Positions 29,882 to 32,000 of a DNA stretch of 32,000 nucleotides are shown here, piece by piece. Every line of letters starts with the position of its first letter. Positions within the stretch are counted from its first letter, which is position 1. The stretch comes from Synechococcus sp. A15-28. Lineage in GTDB: Bacteria > Cyanobacteriota > Cyanobacteriia > PCC-6307 > Cyanobiaceae. The notes under the pieces are model-generated. The model worked only from the letters and a program-made list of their open reading frames with translations, made no database searches and had not been told where the DNA came from. The DNA is taken from contig NZ_CP047931.1 in assembly GCF_014280175.1 (NCBI RefSeq), positions 150,001 through 182,000 on the forward strand, read 5' to 3'. A program made the position numbers and the translations under genes.

Positions 29882-32000
29882 CAGCGCACGTAGCAGGTGA
29901 TTTCAACGTTGAGGGGATCCACGTTCCAGATGTTCTTGCAGTACTCGCCGATGGAGCGGTCGGAGGAGAAGAACCCGGTGCGGGCGGTGTTCAGCAGCGA
30001 CATCCGGTTCCAGTGCATGCGATCGGTCCAGGCGAGGCTGACGGCCTCCTGGGCTCGCAGGTAGTCGGCAAAGTCCGCCATCACGAAGAAGGGATCGTTG
30101 CCGGTGAGGTTGTCAAGCAACGGACGGAACAGCTCGCTGTCGCCATTGCTGAAGTGGCCCATCTCGATCAGGCGCAGAGCTTCTTGCAGCTCCGGCATGG
30201 CATTGATGAAATTGCCGGGGTTGTAGCCGCTCTGCTTGAGCTCAGTGATCTCCTCCACGGTTTTGCCGAACAGGAAGAAGTTCTCCGCGCCCACCAGCTC
30301 GCGGATCTCCACGTTGGCGCCATCCAGGGTGCCGATGGTGAGGGCGCCGTTCATGGCGAACTTCATGTTGCCGGTGCCGGAGGCTTCCTTGCCGGCGGTG
30401 GAGATCTGCTCGGAGAGGTCGGAGGCGGGATAGACCTGCTCGCCCAGCTTCACGTTGTAATCCGGTAAAAACACCACCCGCAGGCGGCCGTCCATGTCGG
30501 GATCGGCATTGACGGTTTCGGCGATGCCGTTGATGAAGCGGATGATCAGCTTCGCCATGTAATAACCGGGAGCCGCCTTGCCTCCGAAGATCACGGTGCG
30601 GGGGGCCATGCCATCGGCCTGGCCGTTCTTGATCCGCAGGTACTGAGTGATCACCTGCAAAGCATTGAGGTGCTGGCGCTTGTATTCATGAATGCGCTTC
30701 ACCTGCACGTCGAACAGGGTGGAGGGGTCCACCAGGACACCGGTGTTGCGGTGGATGTAGCTGGCCAGCTTGCGCTTCACCGAGAGCTTGGTGTTGCCCC
30801 AGTGCTCGAGGAAGCCGTGGTCGTTCTGGCGTTCCTCCAGTTTGCGCAGGTTCTCCATGTTGGAGATCCAGTCCTCTCCGATGTGCTCGTTCAGCAGGTT
30901 GGAGAGCTCGGGGTTGGCCAGAGCCATCCAGCGGCGGGGGGTGACGCCGTTGGTGACGTTGGTGAATTTTTCTGGCCAGAGCTCGGCGAATTCCGGCAGC
31001 AGGTCGGTTTTGACCAGATCGGAGTGCAGCGCTGCCACGCCATTCACGTGGTGCGCTCCGATGGTGGCCAGGTGCGCCATGCGCACAGCTTTACTGCCGT
31101 CTTCGTCGATGATCGACAGCTTGCGCTGAATGGCGTCGTTGCCGGGGTAACGCAGACGCAGTTGCTGGAGGAAGCGGCGGTTGATTTCGTAAATCAGCTC
31201 CAGGTGGCGGGGCAGCAGATTGCCGAACAGGTTCAGATCCCACTTCTCCAGGGCCTCTGGCAGCAGGGTGTGGTTGGTGTAAGCGACAGACCGGGAGGTG
31301 ATATCCCAGGCCTTGTCCCACTCCATGTGGCGGTCGTCGATGAGCAGTCGCATCAACTCCGCTACAGCGATGGCGGGGTGGGTGTCGTTGAGCTGAACGG
31401 TCCAGTACTGAGGGAAGTCCTCAACGGGTAAACCGCGGTTGTCGAGGCTGCGCAGCATGTCCTGCAGTGAGCAGCTCACGAAGAAGTGCTGCTGCTTCAG
31501 GCGCAGACGCCGACCTTCATCGGTGCCGTCATTGGGATACAGCACCTTGGAGAGGGTTTCGCTGCCCACCTTCTCCTCAACGGCGCCGTAGTAGTCGCCA
31601 ATGTTGAAGGCATAGAAGTCAAAGCTCTCGGTGGCATCGGCACGCCAGAGGCGCAGACGATCGCAGATGTTGACCCGATAGCCCAGGACGGGGACGTCAT
31701 GGGGGATGCCGATGGCATGCTCGGCGGGGATCCAGCGGGAACGGTAGATGCCCTTGTCATCGATGTAGCTCTCGGTACGGCCACCAAAGCCGACGAAGCA
31801 GGCTTCATCGGGCTGAGGAAGTTCCCAGGGCCAGCCTCCCTTCAACCACTTGTCGGTGATCTCCACCTGCCAGCCGTCGCGGATGAGCTGGTCGAAGATG
31901 CCGAATTCATAGCGGATGCCATATCCCGTGGCGGGGATCTTCAGGCTGGCCAGGGATTCCATGTAGCAGGCCGCCAGGCGTCCCAAACCACCGTTGCCGA
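29881..32000 (-). CDS. glgP: Glycogen/alpha-glucan phosphorylase, 5' portion beyond window end
   Basis: Frame is open through 32000, with GNGGLGRLAACYMESLA across the ORF-track start; EKFTNVTNGVTPRRW, VKRIHEYKRQHLN, APGYYMAKLI, EASGTGNMKFAMNGALTIGTLDGANVE. Confidence 0.96.
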   Translation of the reverse strand, partial: GNGGLGRLAACYMESLASLKIPATGYGIRYEFGIFDQLIRDGWQVEITDKWLKGGWPWELPQPDEACFVGFGGRTESYIDDKGIYRSRWIPAEHAIGIPHDVPVLGYRVNICDRLRLWRADATESFDFYAFNIGDYYGAVEEKVGSETLSKVLYPNDGTDEGRRLRLKQQHFFVSCSLQDMLRSLDNRGLPVEDFPQYWTVQLNDTHPAIAVAELMRLLIDDRHMEWDKAWDITSRSVAYTNHTLLPEALEKWDLNLFGNLLPRHLELIYEINRRFLQQLRLRYPGNDAIQRKLSIIDEDGSKAVRMAHLATIGAHHVNGVAALHSDLVKTDLLPEFAELWPEKFTNVTNGVTPRRWMALANPELSNLLNEHIGEDWISNMENLRKLEERQNDHGFLEHWGNTKLSVKRKLASYIHRNTGVLVDPSTLFDVQVKRIHEYKRQHLNALQVITQYLRIKNGQADGMAPRTVIFGGKAAPGYYMAKLIIRFINGIAETVNADPDMDGRLRVVFLPDYNVKLGEQVYPASDLSEQISTAGKEASGTGNMKFAMNGALTIGTLDGANVEIRELVGAENFFLFGKTVEEITELKQSGYNPGNFINAMPELQEALRLIEMGHFSNGDSELFRPLLDNLTGNDPFFVMADFADYLRAQEAVSLAWTDRMHWNRMSLLNTARTGFFSSDRSIGEYCKNIWNVDPLNVEITCYVR

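Noticed and set aside
30013-31431. Plus-strand ORFs 30013..30468 and 30670..31431
   Set aside because: Antisense to glgP, whose motifs are certain.

Overview
The window looks like a marine picocyanobacterial (Synechococcus-type) chromosome segment with a two-phase mosaic structure. AT-rich surface-glycan or nucleotide-sugar islands (about 1-13000 and about 20550-25980) alternate with GC-rich core blocks (about 13010-20500 and 25980-32000). Core genes: tkt, fabF, acpP, psaC, glmS, a ManC-type bifunctional enzyme, rimM, ndhS, a K+ channel, rnc, rnpB, tRNA-Arg(CCT) and glgP (5' end beyond the window). Island genes include a minus-strand cluster (2776-9695): sugar-phosphate nucleotidyltransferase, unknown protein, GmhA-like SIS isomerase, HldE-like protein with swapped domain order, SDR epimerase/dehydratase with YxxxR in place of YxxxK, radical SAM/SPASM protein and Fe(II)/2OG-like oxygenase. 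It faces a plus-strand cluster with a diverged enolase-superfamily protein, a methyltransferase and a cupin. Best leads: (1) the heptose-like mixed ADP/GDP-type pathway cluster; (2) a probable acetate kinase (ackA) relic of about 180 bp directly downstream of glgP, recognised from three motifs in shifted frames; (3) an intrinsic terminator ending 2 nt before the glmS start codon; (4) a 34-nt convergent CDS overlap between a K+ channel carrying a zinc ribbon and rnc; (5) a 750-nt gap with a possible decayed gene. No CRISPR array, intact transposase or phage module was recognised. All family assignments are by motif reading only; no database search was run.
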